DNA from: Macrostomum lignano | Taxonomy: Eukaryota | Length of the DNA stretch: 64,000 nt | Reading direction: 5' to 3' | Assembly: GCA_002269645.1 (NCBI GenBank) | Contig: NIVC01001697.1 | Span: 124,001 to 188,000, forward strand | Shown here: positions 1 through 17,985 of the stretch, in pieces | Layout: every line of letters begins with the position of its first letter | Numbering within the stretch: the first letter of the stretch is position 1 | The notes under the pieces: generated by a model | What the model saw: only the letters and a program-made list of their open reading frames with translations | The model's database searches: none | Told to the model about the DNA's origin: nothing | Position numbers and translations under genes: made by a program

Positions 1-3000
1 GGCCACCTTCTCCGTCTGCTGCAGCGGCCAGCTTGGTCGGTAATCGCGCACTCGACGCATCACCTGCCGACCGTTTGCGTCGGTATAGAAAGTAGCCGAG
101 CTGCTCAGCTGTGAGTCGTAGCGCACAATGACCTCTCGCCCGGTGTTGGCGTCGTAGGGAATCGGGCCCACTGTGAGCTCGTTCTCGTTGTACTGCAGCG
201 AGTCGCCATTGTTGGAAAATTTGCGCAACACCTGGTAGGCCCAGTCGGACCAGAGCAGGTGAGTTTCGTTCACCACCGGGCCGAATACGCCAGCGATTTG
301 CTCGAGTGAGAACTGCTCCGGGGTCTGCCTTGTTGGCCTGAAAGTGGGTTCGATTTTTTTAAGGTGACAGGTGTGACTAGGGTAAGAAAAGCATACATAG
401 GTCATTGAAGATCTCACCGAAACACATAAGCGCCGGAGGCTCTGAACTCTGCTCTAGAATTGTTGCCCGGATATCCGTAATAATAAGCCATGCTGGGCAC
501 TCCGCAGCCAGCGTGCTGACTCAGCCAGTCCGCCTTCCTCTTCGATGCCGAGATCTTGCCCCTGCGGTAGCCCCCGAACAGCAGCCGGATCGGGGTGAAC
601 GTTGAGACGCCTGGAGAGCCGGGGGCCGCGGCAGCCACTCGGTAGACAGCGAATCCCATGGCTGGAATGGCTGACACGTTGAACACCAGCTCGCAGGTGG
701 ATTTCGCACCTGCCCGTTCAGGTACTCGCAGAGTACCATTATTCACCGGGATAGTCTGCGACATCACCGCCTGGCCATGCTCGTCGCTAACGACGTAGTA
801 GCGCCCGGTAACCGGTATTCTGGCCAGGTGCCACACCGGGTGACTCACCGGGTTATAAAAGTGCAGGTAGAAGTCGGTGTTGGAGTCGGTGAACGGGCAA
901 TAGGAGATATTAGCCAGGCCGCAGGTAGACATGCCTGAGTAGGCGGCGCTGTCTCCGGTGAGATTCGCCAAAGCAGATTGCAGCACCGGGTAGGCCCGGT
1001 CGATTCCGTTGGAGATTCGCAGCGCATAGTCGTAGGCAACTAGCTGCCTCTCCGTGCCTGTAAAACAGCGACCCCATCAATGTGTGCACATGTGATCCGA
1101 TGGATTGGTAATACAGAAGTACTGTATTATTTTATACTGAACAATCATACATATGTAGAGGGTGTTTTCTACAATATCACCAATTCGAATAAACCCTGTC
1201 CTGCCCTCAATACCACACCCTGCCGTCAACTCTACAACCTGCTCTCAACTCTACACCCTGCTCTCAACTCTACACCCTGCCGTCAACTCTACACCCTGCC
1301 GTCAACTCTACACCCTGCCGTCAACTCTACACCCTGCCGTCAACTCTACACCCTGCCGTCAACTCTACACCCTGCCGTCAACTCTACACCCTGCCGTCAA
1401 CTCTACACCCTGCCGTCAACTCTACACCCTGCCGTCAACTCTACACCCTGCCGTCAACTCTACACCCTGCCGTCAACTCTACACCCTGCCGTCAACTCTA
1501 CACCCTGCCGTCAACTCTACACCCTGCCGTCAACTCTACACCCTGCCGTCAACTCTACACCCTGCCGTCAACTCTACACCCTGCCGTCAACTCTACACCC
1601 TGCCGTCAACTCTACACCCTGCCGTCAACTCTACACCCTGCCGTCAACTCTACACCCTGCCGTCAACTCTACACCCTGCCGTCAACTCTACACCCTGCCG
1701 TCAACTCTAACCCTGCCGTCAACTCTACACCCTGCCGTCAACTCTACACCCTGCCGTCAACTCTACATCCTGCCGTCAACTCTACACCCTGCCGTCAACT
1801 CTACACCCTATCCTCAACTCTACACTCTGCTCCTAATTCCACCCTGCCCAGATTCTACACCCTGCCCCAGATTCTACACCCTGCCCTCAATTCTACACCC
1901 TGCCCCAGATTCTACACCCTGCGCCAGATTCTACACCCTGCCCCAGATTCTACACCCTGCCCCAGATTCTACACCCTGCGCCAGATTCTACACCCTGCCC
2001 CAGATTCTACACCCTGCCCCAGATTCTACACCCTGCTACCAATTCTATTCACTAAAACGCCTGCACCCTATCCAATACTCACCGGACACTCCATCGTGAT
2101 GCTGCACAACGCCCAACGCCTGGCGCAGCGGATCAATTCTCTCCTCAGCCTCCGCGCCATCCCGCTGCAGGCCAGCCAGGCAGGCTGTCTGCTTGACGGC
2201 CTGGAACTGGTTCGAAGCGGTTCGCACGTAGCGCTTGAGAGCGGCCCGGCTGGTGAAGAAGCCAGTCAAGAACGAGTGAGCATCGAATCCGTACGGATAG
2301 AAGTCGTCACTCTTTACCGTCCACAGCAGGTTCTGATCGTGCACTGATTTTGTATAGCAGCTTGGCGTACTGTAGTACACTGTGACATTGTGCGCTGCAG
2401 TACGGTTGTTCACCGCCTTGATCAGCTTGTCGAATATTTTGAAGTTCTTGCGGGCATTCTGGTATTGAAAATCGCAACCCATAGTCAGCATGAGATGATC
2501 GGAGCTGTACACCTGCCGGCGAGTGTTCACCATGTCGACGAACTGTTTGACCTTCTGCTCCACATTGAAGTCGTAGAGCTGCGGGTCGTCCTGCACGGGC
2601 TGGTCGCCCGTCTCGAAGCTGAAGCCTCCTGGCTGGCAGTAGCCATCGTACAGCTTGCCAGAAAACAGATCCGTCTGAGGACTGCCGATATCCTGGCTGG
2701 CCCGCCACACCTGTTGTTGTCGGACGACTGTCACTTAGGTGTGATTGACTCTCGGTGTGTCTCATTCCCACCGACTCTCAGTCTCTGACTGTCCGTGTCT
2801 GACTCACTGTCCGTGTCTGACTCTCACTGTCCGTGTCTGACTCTCACTGTCCGTGTCTGACTCTCACTGTCCGTGTCTGACTCTCACTGTCCGTGTCTGA
2901 CTCTCACTGTCCGTGTCTGACTCTCACTGTCCGTGTCTGACTCTCACTGTCCGTGTCTGACTCTCACTGTCCGTGTCTGACTCTCACTGTCCGTGTCTGA

Positions 3001-4595
3001 CTCTCACTGTCCGTGTCTGACTCTCACTGTCCGTGTCTGACTCTCACTGTCCGTGTCTGACTCTCACTGTCCGTGTCTGACTCTCACTGTCCGTGTCTGA
3101 CTCTCACTGTCCGTGTCTGACTCTCACTGTCCGTGTCTGACTCTCACTGTCCGTGTCTGACTCTCACTGTCCGTGTCTGACTCTCACTGTCCGTGTCTGA
3201 CTCTCGATCGTTCCCCCGACTATCCGAAGATCTTTGATCAGCCTACCATCTCCATGCGCCGCGTCTTCCGCCTAATCGCCTGATCCTGATAGTCGATGCG
3301 GCCAAAGTACAGCCCGTCGTAGCCCATCAGCGCCATCATTGCGGCGTGCTCTTTGCTGTGCCCGAACGGATCCACCTGCCAGGCAACCCGAGGCCTGCCG
3401 CAGTCGCCGAAAGTGTCGTTGAGAAACCGGAGTCCCTGCGTGTGCTGGTCGATGATGTCCACGTAGTGGGTTGCCGCCTCGTCGTCCATGGACCAGCCGC
3501 CCTGGGCAAACTGCAGCTGGCCGTTCTGCACCAGCTGTTTCACCTGTGTGTTGGCGGGAGCGATAAATAGCTAAAATGGTACTCATTTACCTTTCTGGTG
3601 AGTTCAAAACCACAACATTCTTATTCGAAAATGTCAGATCCCCTAAGCTTCACATTTCCCAAGCTTCATATTCTTAAACTTATTATCACCAAACTTAATA
3701 TCCTCTCAATCTTTACACCCCCCAATCTTCACATCTCTAATCTTCACATCCCACAATCTTCACATCCCTCAATCTTCACATCCCTCAATCTTCACATCCA
3801 CAACCTTCACATCTTCAATTTTCACATCCCACAATCTTACGTCCCTAATCTTCATATTCTCAAGCTTCACATCCCCATGCAATCCTCACATTCCCAATCT
3901 TCACATCCCCAATCTTCACATCCCCAAATTTCACATCCCCAAACTTCACATCCCCAATCTTCACACCCCCCAATCTTCACATCCCCAAGCTTCACATCCC
4001 TAATTTTCACATCCCACAATCTTCACATCTCCAATCTTCACATCTCCAAACTGCAGATCCCGGAACGTCACACCTCCAATTTTCGAATCCCCAATTTCGA
4101 GCAAAACAGGTACTTAAAGTACTTTAACCACCCCAAATTTCACATTCAAATTCCCTCAAAGTTGGCAAGAAACCAGCGTAAAAATGAAAGCCTGCGAAGT
4201 TTGAATGGAAAATTTGCCCCGGCTCTCAGTAAATCGATCAGGTATAAAATGACGCTCACCTTAGCCTGCTTATCGGCGCTCTGCTCTCGCCACCACCTGA
4301 AGAAGTAGGCTATCTCAACGTACGTAAACTTTCTATCCGGATTAATGAGCAGCTCTTCCACCACAGTGTCCAGAATGAACTGCACCTGATAGTAATAGTA
4401 CTGGTCAACTGTCATCAGCCAGCCAACATCGTCGTGCGTGTGCGGCACCAGGTGGACGTTGACCCTACCTGGCACGGGCTTCGGGCAGGCGTTGTAGCCA
4501 CAGGTAGAGGCCTCCGGTCGAGCAGATGAAGACCGACAACAGAGCAGCAGGAAGGCCGCCAGAGTTACTAACGGCACTAGACGAAAATCTTCCAT
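1..4595 (-). CDS. MAN2B1: Lysosomal alpha-mannosidase (GH38, MAN2B1-like); exons 4595-4260, 3543-3247, 2710-2083, 1057-418, 327-<1; 3' end outside window
   Basis: Signal peptide, then [38 protein letters not shown] and FYTDANGR motifs. All four introns are GT-AG, and the phases (0,0,1,2) join into one continuous frame. Confidence 0.95.
1200..2040. repeat. 19-bp minisatellite (CTCTACACCCTGCCGTCAA)n in mannosidase intron 3, changing to a CCCCAGATTCTACACCCTG variant
   Basis: Tandem copies read directly; lies within intron 1058-2082. Confidence 0.95.
2788..3205. repeat. 20-bp minisatellite (CTCTCACTGTCCGTGTCTGA)n, ~21 near-perfect copies, mannosidase intron 2
   Basis: Period 20 read directly. 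Confidence 0.97.
3700..4050. repeat. Degenerate ~15-bp repeat (CAATCTTCACATCCC)n in mannosidase intron 1
   Basis: Recurrent TCTTCACATC core with variable spacing. Confidence 0.85.
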
Positions 4596-5284
4596 AATCT
4601 ACGAGTAGCTCTGTCTTATAGCTGTCGAACTGTGCCGCAAACTGCAGCGCTTCTTAATCAATTTGGAACCCTAGAAACATCACTCTGCACGGTTTAAACT
4701 GGACTGCAATTGAGACTGTATACAAGCTGTAAAATGCATGTAGCTTTTACACACACGTGTGCGCTCGCACAGTAGTCGCTGGTGACCCATGCAGCAACGC
4801 ACTAATGCTGCTGATAAAATCAGCTGATATTCAATCCTGGCAACCCAGGCTAACGCACAAGTTCTATTTACTGCGATCAAGTTCAGCCTGTGTTCTGCGG
4901 CATACCCTGGGCCTTGTCAAGATATACTTACGGAGCCTTGCTATGTACATTTGCGAGCATATTATACTTAAACATCCGTTGGAACTGTCAACTGCTACAC
5001 TGTACAGTAAACCTATTGATACTGTATAGGCCCTGCATGTATGTACATGTAGAGTACATAACAAGGCAAGAGCTAGGTAGGTTCATCTATGACATGTACA
5101 GATTATTTCTATACCTTGTGTGCTACATATGTACATGCATACGTTTATATGCCCGTGTTAGTTTGAGCTTATAAGAGTTTGAATGTTTCACTGTACACGT
5201 ACAGTTCATGCTAGGACATTTAAGTACATGTACGCGCATGTACATGTACTTGTAAATTTTATATTAGCTCAGCTCCCCGGATGC

Positions 5285-5344
<60 letters not shown>
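5285..5344. repeat. (CA)n microsatellite
   Basis: Read directly. Confidence 0.98.
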
Positions 5345-5348
<4 letters not shown>

Positions 5349-8282
5349 TGCCTTTGAGACATGAACGCTCTATTTAGCGTACACATGTACATAATTATAA
5401 AATGATCGAGCTGTTCGTGATACCGAGTGAGAAGGTACATGTATATAGGATTTGCATGGAGGATGCTCTGGTGCTGATGCTGTTGACGATGTCATTCAAG
5501 CCGCCGTCTCTGCCGTTGCGACCGATGCCAAAGTGATGGGCCCTGGTCCACATACCACCAACGCTCTACAGATGGGGTGAAGCGGCACAATTCCTCTAAA
5601 TCTGACATGCAGGACACTACGGACAATTTTACGATTTTGAGCCGAGACGCTGACGCACTGGCGACGTAACTTTCGACATGTCAGTTGCAGCTCGTCTACT
5701 ATCTGCGAAGATCTGCGGCAGCCCTGTACGTTTGTCTATATATAGGCCGCATATTTTCTGCCGTGGGTTGTCTTGCAGTTCGAATATACGTACGTGATGC
5801 CTAGGCCCAAAGGCAGCTAGACTCTGGGGTTTGTCCACACGACCTTAACTCATGTCGATAAAAGCGTCCTGAGACCTGAGGCCCGAAGGCTTCCCCAAAA
5901 GGGGGCCGAGAGGTCAAAACCCATCAGTTGGTTGATTACTGTCAGTAGAGTAGCGCTGCCACCACTGTATACGTAGTATTACGAAACGTTAATTCCTCAG
6001 AGCTCGCGTAGAGATGAGAACGATTTGGTTATTTTACGCCCCACGGGCAAATGACTCAAGATAAAGCTATATGGGCTCTTATTGATCAACGAATGAATGT
6101 TGCCAAACGGTTATTATTATTATTGTGATTTATTAGTTAGGTAGCAGGGTATTGTTTACTAAAATCCACCTATACTAAATTTCTAAGTTATTATCTAACG
6201 ACGGAGATAGATTCGTGGGCGCCGAGGCGCGGGGCTACGTAGGAGAACTAATAAAACTGAGTTAAACGCAAGTTGCTGTGGTTAAGTATATCAAAGTTAA
6301 GCAAAGTAAAAGTTAAGGGTCACGACGTTAGGCTAAGGTGTGGAAGGAGGAGGGGAGAGGGGAGAGCACTCGAAAAATCGGGGGGGGGGGGTTAAAATAG
6401 GCCTCAAAAGGCGATCCAAGCAATGGGGCAGGCTTTGGGCAAAAGGGTGGGCACAAATTAAACATGCGATGGACAAGCGCAAAAAAGACACCGGATAAGT
6501 AGCGAAAAACTAACAAAACCAAAAAAGGACGCAAAAGGGCCAATGAATAGAAAATAGGGAACCGAAATGGGGACAAGAAAATTGAATTGGGCCACAAACG
6601 GGAAAATTCCTGACGTCAAGCCGTCAGACAGTAGACAAAATTAAAAAATTCCATGCAAAAAATTAGTCTTCTCACACAGTGGCAATGGCAACCCACCGGC
6701 CACAATAGTCAGTTTAGTTGTTTTTTATTTTCACTAGTGGGTTTCGAAAGTTTGATTCATTTATGCGGATGTGTACCAAGGTCCGAAGGTCGACTCAAGT
6801 AGAGTCGTCACTCACTCGTCCTTGATGTGTATGAATACGTCTTAAACGCGTGAGCCAGTAATTTTGGAGGCCTTAAACGTAAAAAATGTCAAATAAATTT
6901 AAAATTATTGTGACTATCATATCATGAGGCTCTTCATATTGCTTGTTCTGGTTCTAGAACCAGAAGCAATTTGTAAAGTATAACTTTTAGTCTCCTAGAC
7001 TAGAGGGATATTAGTGCTTTAAAATTGTGATTATTGAATGGCAATAGCCAAGAAGAAAGTGAAAAATTGTGCAAAGTGAGGCTGTTAAGGCAGTCAAACA
7101 TTCAACAAAGTTAAATAGTTATACTGCTTTTTTTCTTGGAAATTTGAACCGATTCTGCTTCGAGAATCGATTGCCGTGAAGAGGCTCCATCACTACTATG
7201 CCCATTACCAATTCCATTAGTATTGTCAGCAACAGAAGGCCAGAACTTCAGAATTGTTGTTTACTAATAAAAACTAGAGCCTAGCCTACCTGAGGTAACT
7301 ACGCATCTAATCTAATATCAAATGATGTGCTATAGGACCTAGGTAGTATATTATAGATATGCTATAATATATAAAGCTTTATAATATGGCCATATGCATA
7401 ATATATTGATATAGGTTATTCAGTTATAAAATTAATAGTTTAAATTTAATTTATAAAATAAAAGATTATTAAGTATAAATTAATAAACTAATAATATATG
7501 GCTAGCAAAACTATAATTCAAATAGGCCCCTAGGCCTAAACAAAATTATAAGCTTATAGTTATATAGGCCCTATATTTTCACCAATAGGCTAGGCCCTAT
7601 ATTATATAGACTACAAAGTACTATTAAGATACTAAGATACTGAGATTTGCTATTATACTATATATAGGAGGCCTAGGCTAGCCGCTAATGTAGATTTAGA
7701 TATTAAGATATATAAATTTCTAGATATTTCTGCCTGCATAAAAGTTTATATTAGCTACTAGGCCCTATTATAGGCTTATATTTTTCCTATTATTTCAAAA
7801 AGAATATCTATATGTTCTTCAACTAATAAACTTAAACTTTTAACAATTGTTACTAGTTTAAAAATATCATTTTTCAGCTTTTTAATTTTGGATCAAATTT
7901 TTTAACATAGGCCTTTAGTTTAAATTGGTGTCCCATTCATAATAAATATATGATCTATAAATTAGACTAAATATGTACAACAGGTGTTTTTTCAGTTTGT
8001 TGTACTTTGCCTCCTTATACAAATGCTCTAGCATCTCAAGAAGGCTGCTTTTAAATAAAATTGATGTTTCCATTTAAAGGAATTCCATTTTAAGGCAAAA
8101 ATAATAACGTTTATTTGTTAAAGCCTAGACTTTGGGAGTATGTACATACATCATGTATACTAGAATTTTTCCTTCTTGCTTGTTGTTGTGCTGGAATGTG
8201 CTTGTGTGACATATGTCTAATCCTTTTTTGTACTAGACATTTTTGTAAAAAAGGCCATCTTCCTTACTATGGATAAAGGGAT

Positions 8283-9375
8283 CTAGTATATACCATTGGC
8301 ATACAGAGAGCTGAGAGGCCTGGTATATCCTATGGTATATAGCTTGGCATATACAGATTGCTGAGATAGCAGGTAGGACCAAAGTTCTGAATCCCAATCA
8401 ATGTATGTATATATGCAGTTAGCATAAAAATGATTAAGTTCAAGTTTGGTATAGTCTATATATATAATTAGAGTAGCTACTAAATTTTGATCAAGAAAAA
8501 GTGAAGCAGCCACCATTGCAAGAGGGTTGGCTTCATTGCAACTATGCTGTTGCAGAATGTGGCTAGCAACGGTTTATTGCCGCCATTGCAGGATAACACT
8601 AAGAGGCAGAAGGCCAATATGCTAGTCGAGATTGGAATTTGAGATGGTCTCGCAGAATTTGATACTAAGTGTATAGCAAAGAAGTGCCTAGTAGATGCCA
8701 TTTAGCACATTTTCCTGGGTAGTAGTTGCTGGTACAGCTTCTAGTCTGTAGAGTAGGATTGGTTTGACTGTGACATGGAGCAACTTGATCTTGTGGGTAT
8801 CAGGCACTGCGGAGCTGAAGATAGGCTGATCTTAATAGCAACATGCCAGGCTTGTACTTTCTGGCCTGTGATGATATCTTCAAGATTCAAGATCAATGGA
8901 CCCAGGTAGCAGAAGAAGTCTTGGTAGGTTGAGATTATTTTGCAATGCTAATTTTTAGGTGCAATGCTAATACCAATGTGCATCACTTTTTTCTCCCATT
9001 GACAATGAGGCTGACACCCAAGGCTTCTAGGCAGAGTTTGTCTAAGGTGTGCTGGGCTGCAAGCTTATCCTTGCATACTAGAGCAATGTCATTAGCATAA
9101 GCTAAAGTGGCAAGAATGATGGTGGGTTACCAATGGCCCCTCCTGGAGGCTAAGATGTATCTGTCTTCTTCTTGCAAAGATAGCCATAGGACATAGTTGA
9201 TTGCAAGAATGAAGAAAAGGGAGGCAAGGTGTCCCCCTGACCCCCTGAAGCACTCCAAAGGTGGTTGGGAATTCTTTGGTTGGGCCATTGGTAGTCTAGA
9301 CAAAGAGGTACACATGTCCACGTAGAGGTCCATGATAGTGCAGATGAAAGTGCCAGGGAAGATCAAATCTTTGCC
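8283..9375 (-). mobile_element. Old, degraded RTE-like non-LTR retrotransposon (RT C-terminal half)
   Basis: Minus-strand fragments resemble RT motifs: GHLASLFFILAINYVL (cf. GDTLAPFLF), LATLAYANDIAL (YADD eroded), FCYLGPLI, LSVILQWRQ*TVASHI. Contains stops and frameshifts. Boundaries approximate. Confidence 0.8.
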
Positions 9376-9904
9376 AGTTGGAAGATCAAATCAAAAGCTT
9401 TGCAAAAGTCTACAAATGCAATCAATACAGACTTCTGACACATCTTGTAGGCTTCAACAATTGTGCAATACATATAGGGGCTAAATACACTCATATAAGG
9501 CTAGTATATATATATTGTAAAAGTAGCTTGGATAAAGAATATAAAAATATTTTCAGGAGAAGTTCTATAAAAGGATATTAAAATATATACTAAAGCAATA
9601 TTATAGGTGCTATGATCTAATCTTAAAAATGCCAAAGGCTAAAAGTAGTATATGAGATGTATAAGTAGTAAGGTGCCTAATACATTAAGCCAAGCAATAT
9701 CCTGAAATGCTAACTGGTAATATTTAATAAGCTACTGAGAATATCTATGATAGAATTTCTCCCCATAATAACTTCTGGTATTTGACAGATTATCACAGAT
9801 AAAAAAGCCAATGAGCCCAGATAACATAGTGAGATCTGGCAATATATATTGTGAGAAAAAGGCCCAAGTTGATTTTCATTTTCACACTAAGCTCATCATT
9901 CAGG

Positions 9905-10545
9905 TCTAGCCCCACGGATTCCACACCACAGAGTGCTCATAATTGAGCTCTAGCCCCACAGATTCCACACCACAGAGTGCTCATAATTGAGCTCTAGCCC
10001 CACAGATTCCACACCACAGAGTGCTCATCACAGATCTCTAACTCCACAGATTCCACATCACAGAGTGCTCATCACAGATCTCTAACTCCACAGATTCCAC
10101 ATCACAGAGTGCTCATCACAGATCTCTAACTCCACAGATTCCACACCACAGAGTGCTCATCACAGATCTCTAACTCCACAGATTCCACATCACAGAGTGC
10201 TCATCACAGATCTCTAACTCCACAGATTCCACACCACAGAGTGCTCATCACAGATCTCTAACTCCACAGATTCCACATCACAGAGTGCTCATCACAGATC
10301 TCTAACTCCACAGATTCCACACCACAGAGTGCTCATCACAGATCTCTAACTCCACAGATTCCACATCACAGAGTGCTCATCACAGAGCTCTAACTCGACA
10401 GATTCCACACCACAGAGTGCTCATCACGGAGCTCTAACTCGACAGATTCCACACCACAGAGTGCTCATCACAGAGCTATAACTCCACAGATTCCACACCA
10501 CAGAGTGCTCATCACAGAGCTCTAACTCGACAGATTCCACACATA
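9905..10545. repeat. 44-bp minisatellite (CCACAGATTCCACACCACAGAGTGCTCATCACAGATCTCTAACT)n, ~14 copies
   Basis: GTGCTCATCA recurs at 10021 and 10065 (period 44). Confidence 0.95.
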
Positions 10546-11384
10546 CCAAGTTCTCAGCACTGACCTCCAAACCCACAGATCCCGTATCAGAGTACTAGCA
10601 TTATTCAAGTTGTTTTTGTTAAAGGTTAAGGATGTGTAATCTGTTTAGCGCTGAGATTTGCCCTTAGACAGTAAATACAAATGTACAGGCTTTGCAAGGG
10701 GTGGGGCATTCGTCATAGATAAAGTAAACAGTTTTTTTCTTTTGAGTCTTTTTTCAAGTCGCAGAGAAACCGAACTCAGAACTTCACAACTGTTTCTAAA
10801 GAAATTCACTGTTGGCGCCTGCGTGGAAGCTGGCCTGGAGTCCAGTCGGCTTTCTGCCTAATGCGGGGGGCAAGGCGGGTTCGCTTGGCATCGGTGGATG
10901 TTGTTCTGACTGTACAATTAAGTTTCTAAACTTCTTTCATCTCTGTCTTTTGTCAGCGAGTTTTGTGCAGCAAATTCGCCAAGCTATGCGCAGCACTGTA
11001 CGGTGGTGCTGTACTTGCCTCTACTTAAAACTGCACTGCATCGTGGATGTTCTGCCTGCGACTGTCTACTTACATCTGTCTCCTTGTACCTACTGGCATC
11101 TCGCTAAGCCCTGTGCTTTGGCCAACCCGAACGCATTCGGATCGTTCAGGTTTCATTTTCTGCCCCAACCGTTGCGCACAGATCTCTATATTTAAACTTA
11201 TTAACTGTTTGGTTTTGCCTGTTGTCCAGACCTCTCTCGCTCTCTGTGTGTTTTTCAAACACTATTTTAGTCAATTTAGTCAGCCCTAAAATATTACTGC
11301 CTTTTATTGGATAGTTATTTAGTTGTTTATTTTATTCCTGCGCTCCAGCTCGCCACGTCACCTGACTGACTGCCAGCGCCGCCA

Positions 11385-15672
<4,288 letters not shown>

Positions 15673-15810
15673 AGCTGGCAACAGTGTTCAGTGTTCCACT
15701 GGTCACAAGATTTGTGCTGCTGCCGGTTTTTAAAGATTTTATTCCAAGGCGAGATTGCGCGTCTCCGTTTTCGTTGAATTTCTCTGGCAAAACAAACCAA
15801 CTTAAAACGT

Positions 15811-15816
15811 AATAAA
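15811..15816 (+). promoter_or_regulatory. Probable polyadenylation signal of CYRI
   Basis: AATAAA about 140 nt after the stop codon. Confidence 0.45.
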
Positions 15817-17050
15817 TACTCATATATTATGAGAGAGAGGATTTCAAAGACCAAACAATGTGTAAAGTAATTCCAGCGGTAGATTAACAGTAGTGTAACT
15901 TCAGATTCACGTGTCAGACAGTCGCTCGATGTTCGGGGTTAATCTATATAAAATACATTAAAATGCTTACTATTTTAACTTACTACTGAACTATAAGTAG
16001 CTTATACGCAAATCTGCCGAGTGACCCAACTAGGTAGTATAGTATCTATAATTAAAAAATGAGAGATTAAAGGGGCTTCAGGTTTCTTTTGTTGGTATTA
16101 CAGGTATAAATCATCAAGTTACCAGCCACTCACCCCCTCCCCCTTACTCAAAATCTACTCAATCATGCCAGTGCTTCCAGATCATTCGCACAGAAATCTG
16201 CTGTCACACACAATTTTCCACACTCCTCACAGCCATGCTGCGCCCTTTTTGTTTCATCCAGTCGGTGCTGCCAAGTGTTTTTTTTAATTATTAGATCATT
16301 GTTTAATTTGCCTGTTTTATCAGTCTAGCAGCGGAGGCTAAATCGTGTGTTTGTAATTACTCAAGTTAATTCCTATTCGCTTTTTTTATTAATTATGTTT
16401 TTTACTCAATTTCAAAAAAAATTATCTAGTTTTTCTATTCTTGGGTAATAAGTACGTATAACTCAAAACTGTTTCATACCCTCTTGGCCTTGTTATTGCT
16501 AAGTTTTGCCAACAAAAAACCAAATTATTATGAATATATGCACATGTTAAGAAGAGCAGAGTTTACTGGCGGCATAGAGAAATAAACTTTCTTACCCGAC
16601 CGCAACACTCGGCCAGGCGAGTTCTGATGAGGCTTATTTTTAAACTAGTAAAGACAAATTGACTGCCTTCTTACTTTACTTAAGAAGATAAGTACTCCTG
16701 AGTACATACTCTAATTTTTGGTGCATGATTTTATGAACTCAAGGAATTCCAATGAGAAGGCTAAAATGTGTTTAATCAGATTGTCTAGGTAGTTACTCAG
16801 AGTTGATTTTATTAAGGAGCAATCGATAACCAGGCTCTATACTGTAGTTGTAATTATGATGTAGTACATGCAATACGTGTGTAACATAACAAACAACGTA
16901 TGCTGCTGACACGAGCGTATTTAAAACTAAAAAATAAGCTTGCTACAATGTTTAGTTCAGGGCTAATCAATTGAGTTAACCAATCAGTTTCAGCCTACAG
17001 CTGTCAAAATGTGTGTATATAGTGCTTGCATAAGAACTTGATATATGCAG

Positions 17051-17822
17051 AGTCCTCTCATTAAACCGATGGATGATCAGCTCCCGAGCACGCGCGAATA
17101 CCGGCTGAAACTGTTGGGTAAGTCTGCTTCACAACCACCTGAAATCAGTTTTGTTTGGGGTTAAGCAGTCATCGCCTTGGGAATAATAAGTAGCCCAAAT
17201 GTTTAATCTTTTACTTAATGACACGAAGAAGGAAAAAAAATATTAATGTTAATTCCCCCAACAACTCACGTCGCAGCCTCGATCAGACATTTCTAATCCG
17301 ACGGAGGACAGAAACGGTGCTTTCAACGTTTGTCTGACAACGTCCAACTCGGCGTCCTTAACAACCTGCTGTCCTCCGTGACCGCGCCTCAGGCTTGGCA
17401 GCCAAGCAACGTTTACCTGGTTGCCGTCGGTGACGCCGACTTGGCACACCGGGTGACTTCGTCGGGGGCGCCGCTCGCGACGAGTTGAACTCCAAGACTG
17501 CGGGCATTCCGGCATCGGCTGCGAGATCCGCGTCCTGAGATTTAGCGAGAAATTGAGAAATATTTTTGAGTCTCTTGCTGAGCTTTTCCAGGATACAGAA
17601 ACACTGAAAAGCTTTCTGGTGGTGGGTGGGTTGGAGCTTAGGGAACTACATGTACAAGTTGAACTTATCCGCGACTTCCCGAACCTTTTAGTCGAAGAAA
17701 AGTTTTCCCCATTTTTGAGGAAACTTTTCCATGAAGCCAACTGGAAAACTCTCCCTAGCTGGTTTATTACACAAAAAGTGTTGATTTGGAAACCGCCTTT
17801 TCAGATGTTTCTGGATTCGTAG
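17051..17822 (+). pseudogene. Possible disrupted coding fragment of unknown family
   Basis: Exon-like 17051-17117 (cag|SPLIKPMDDQLPSTREYRLKLL|gtaagt), followed by protein-like frames KRCFQRLSDNVQLGVLNNLL... and ...ELQDCGHSGIGCEIRVLRF...FLDS*, broken by a stop and a frame change. No family recognised. Confidence 0.3.
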
Positions 17823-17985
17823 ACCTGACCTTTGGTGGATGCACCTACATGTAAGGGAAAGGCGGACCAAGACCCTTGCATTGGGCAAGAGCTAGGTCTT
17901 ACGAACTACGAGTACATGTGTGCGATTCTTGTACCGGTATTTGCTATTGAGTTTAGAAAAGCGTTTAGCCAACTGCGCAGGCAAC

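Noticed and set aside
1080-2099. 339-aa and 182-aa ORFs
   Set aside because: Products of the 19-bp intronic minisatellite, antisense to the mannosidase gene
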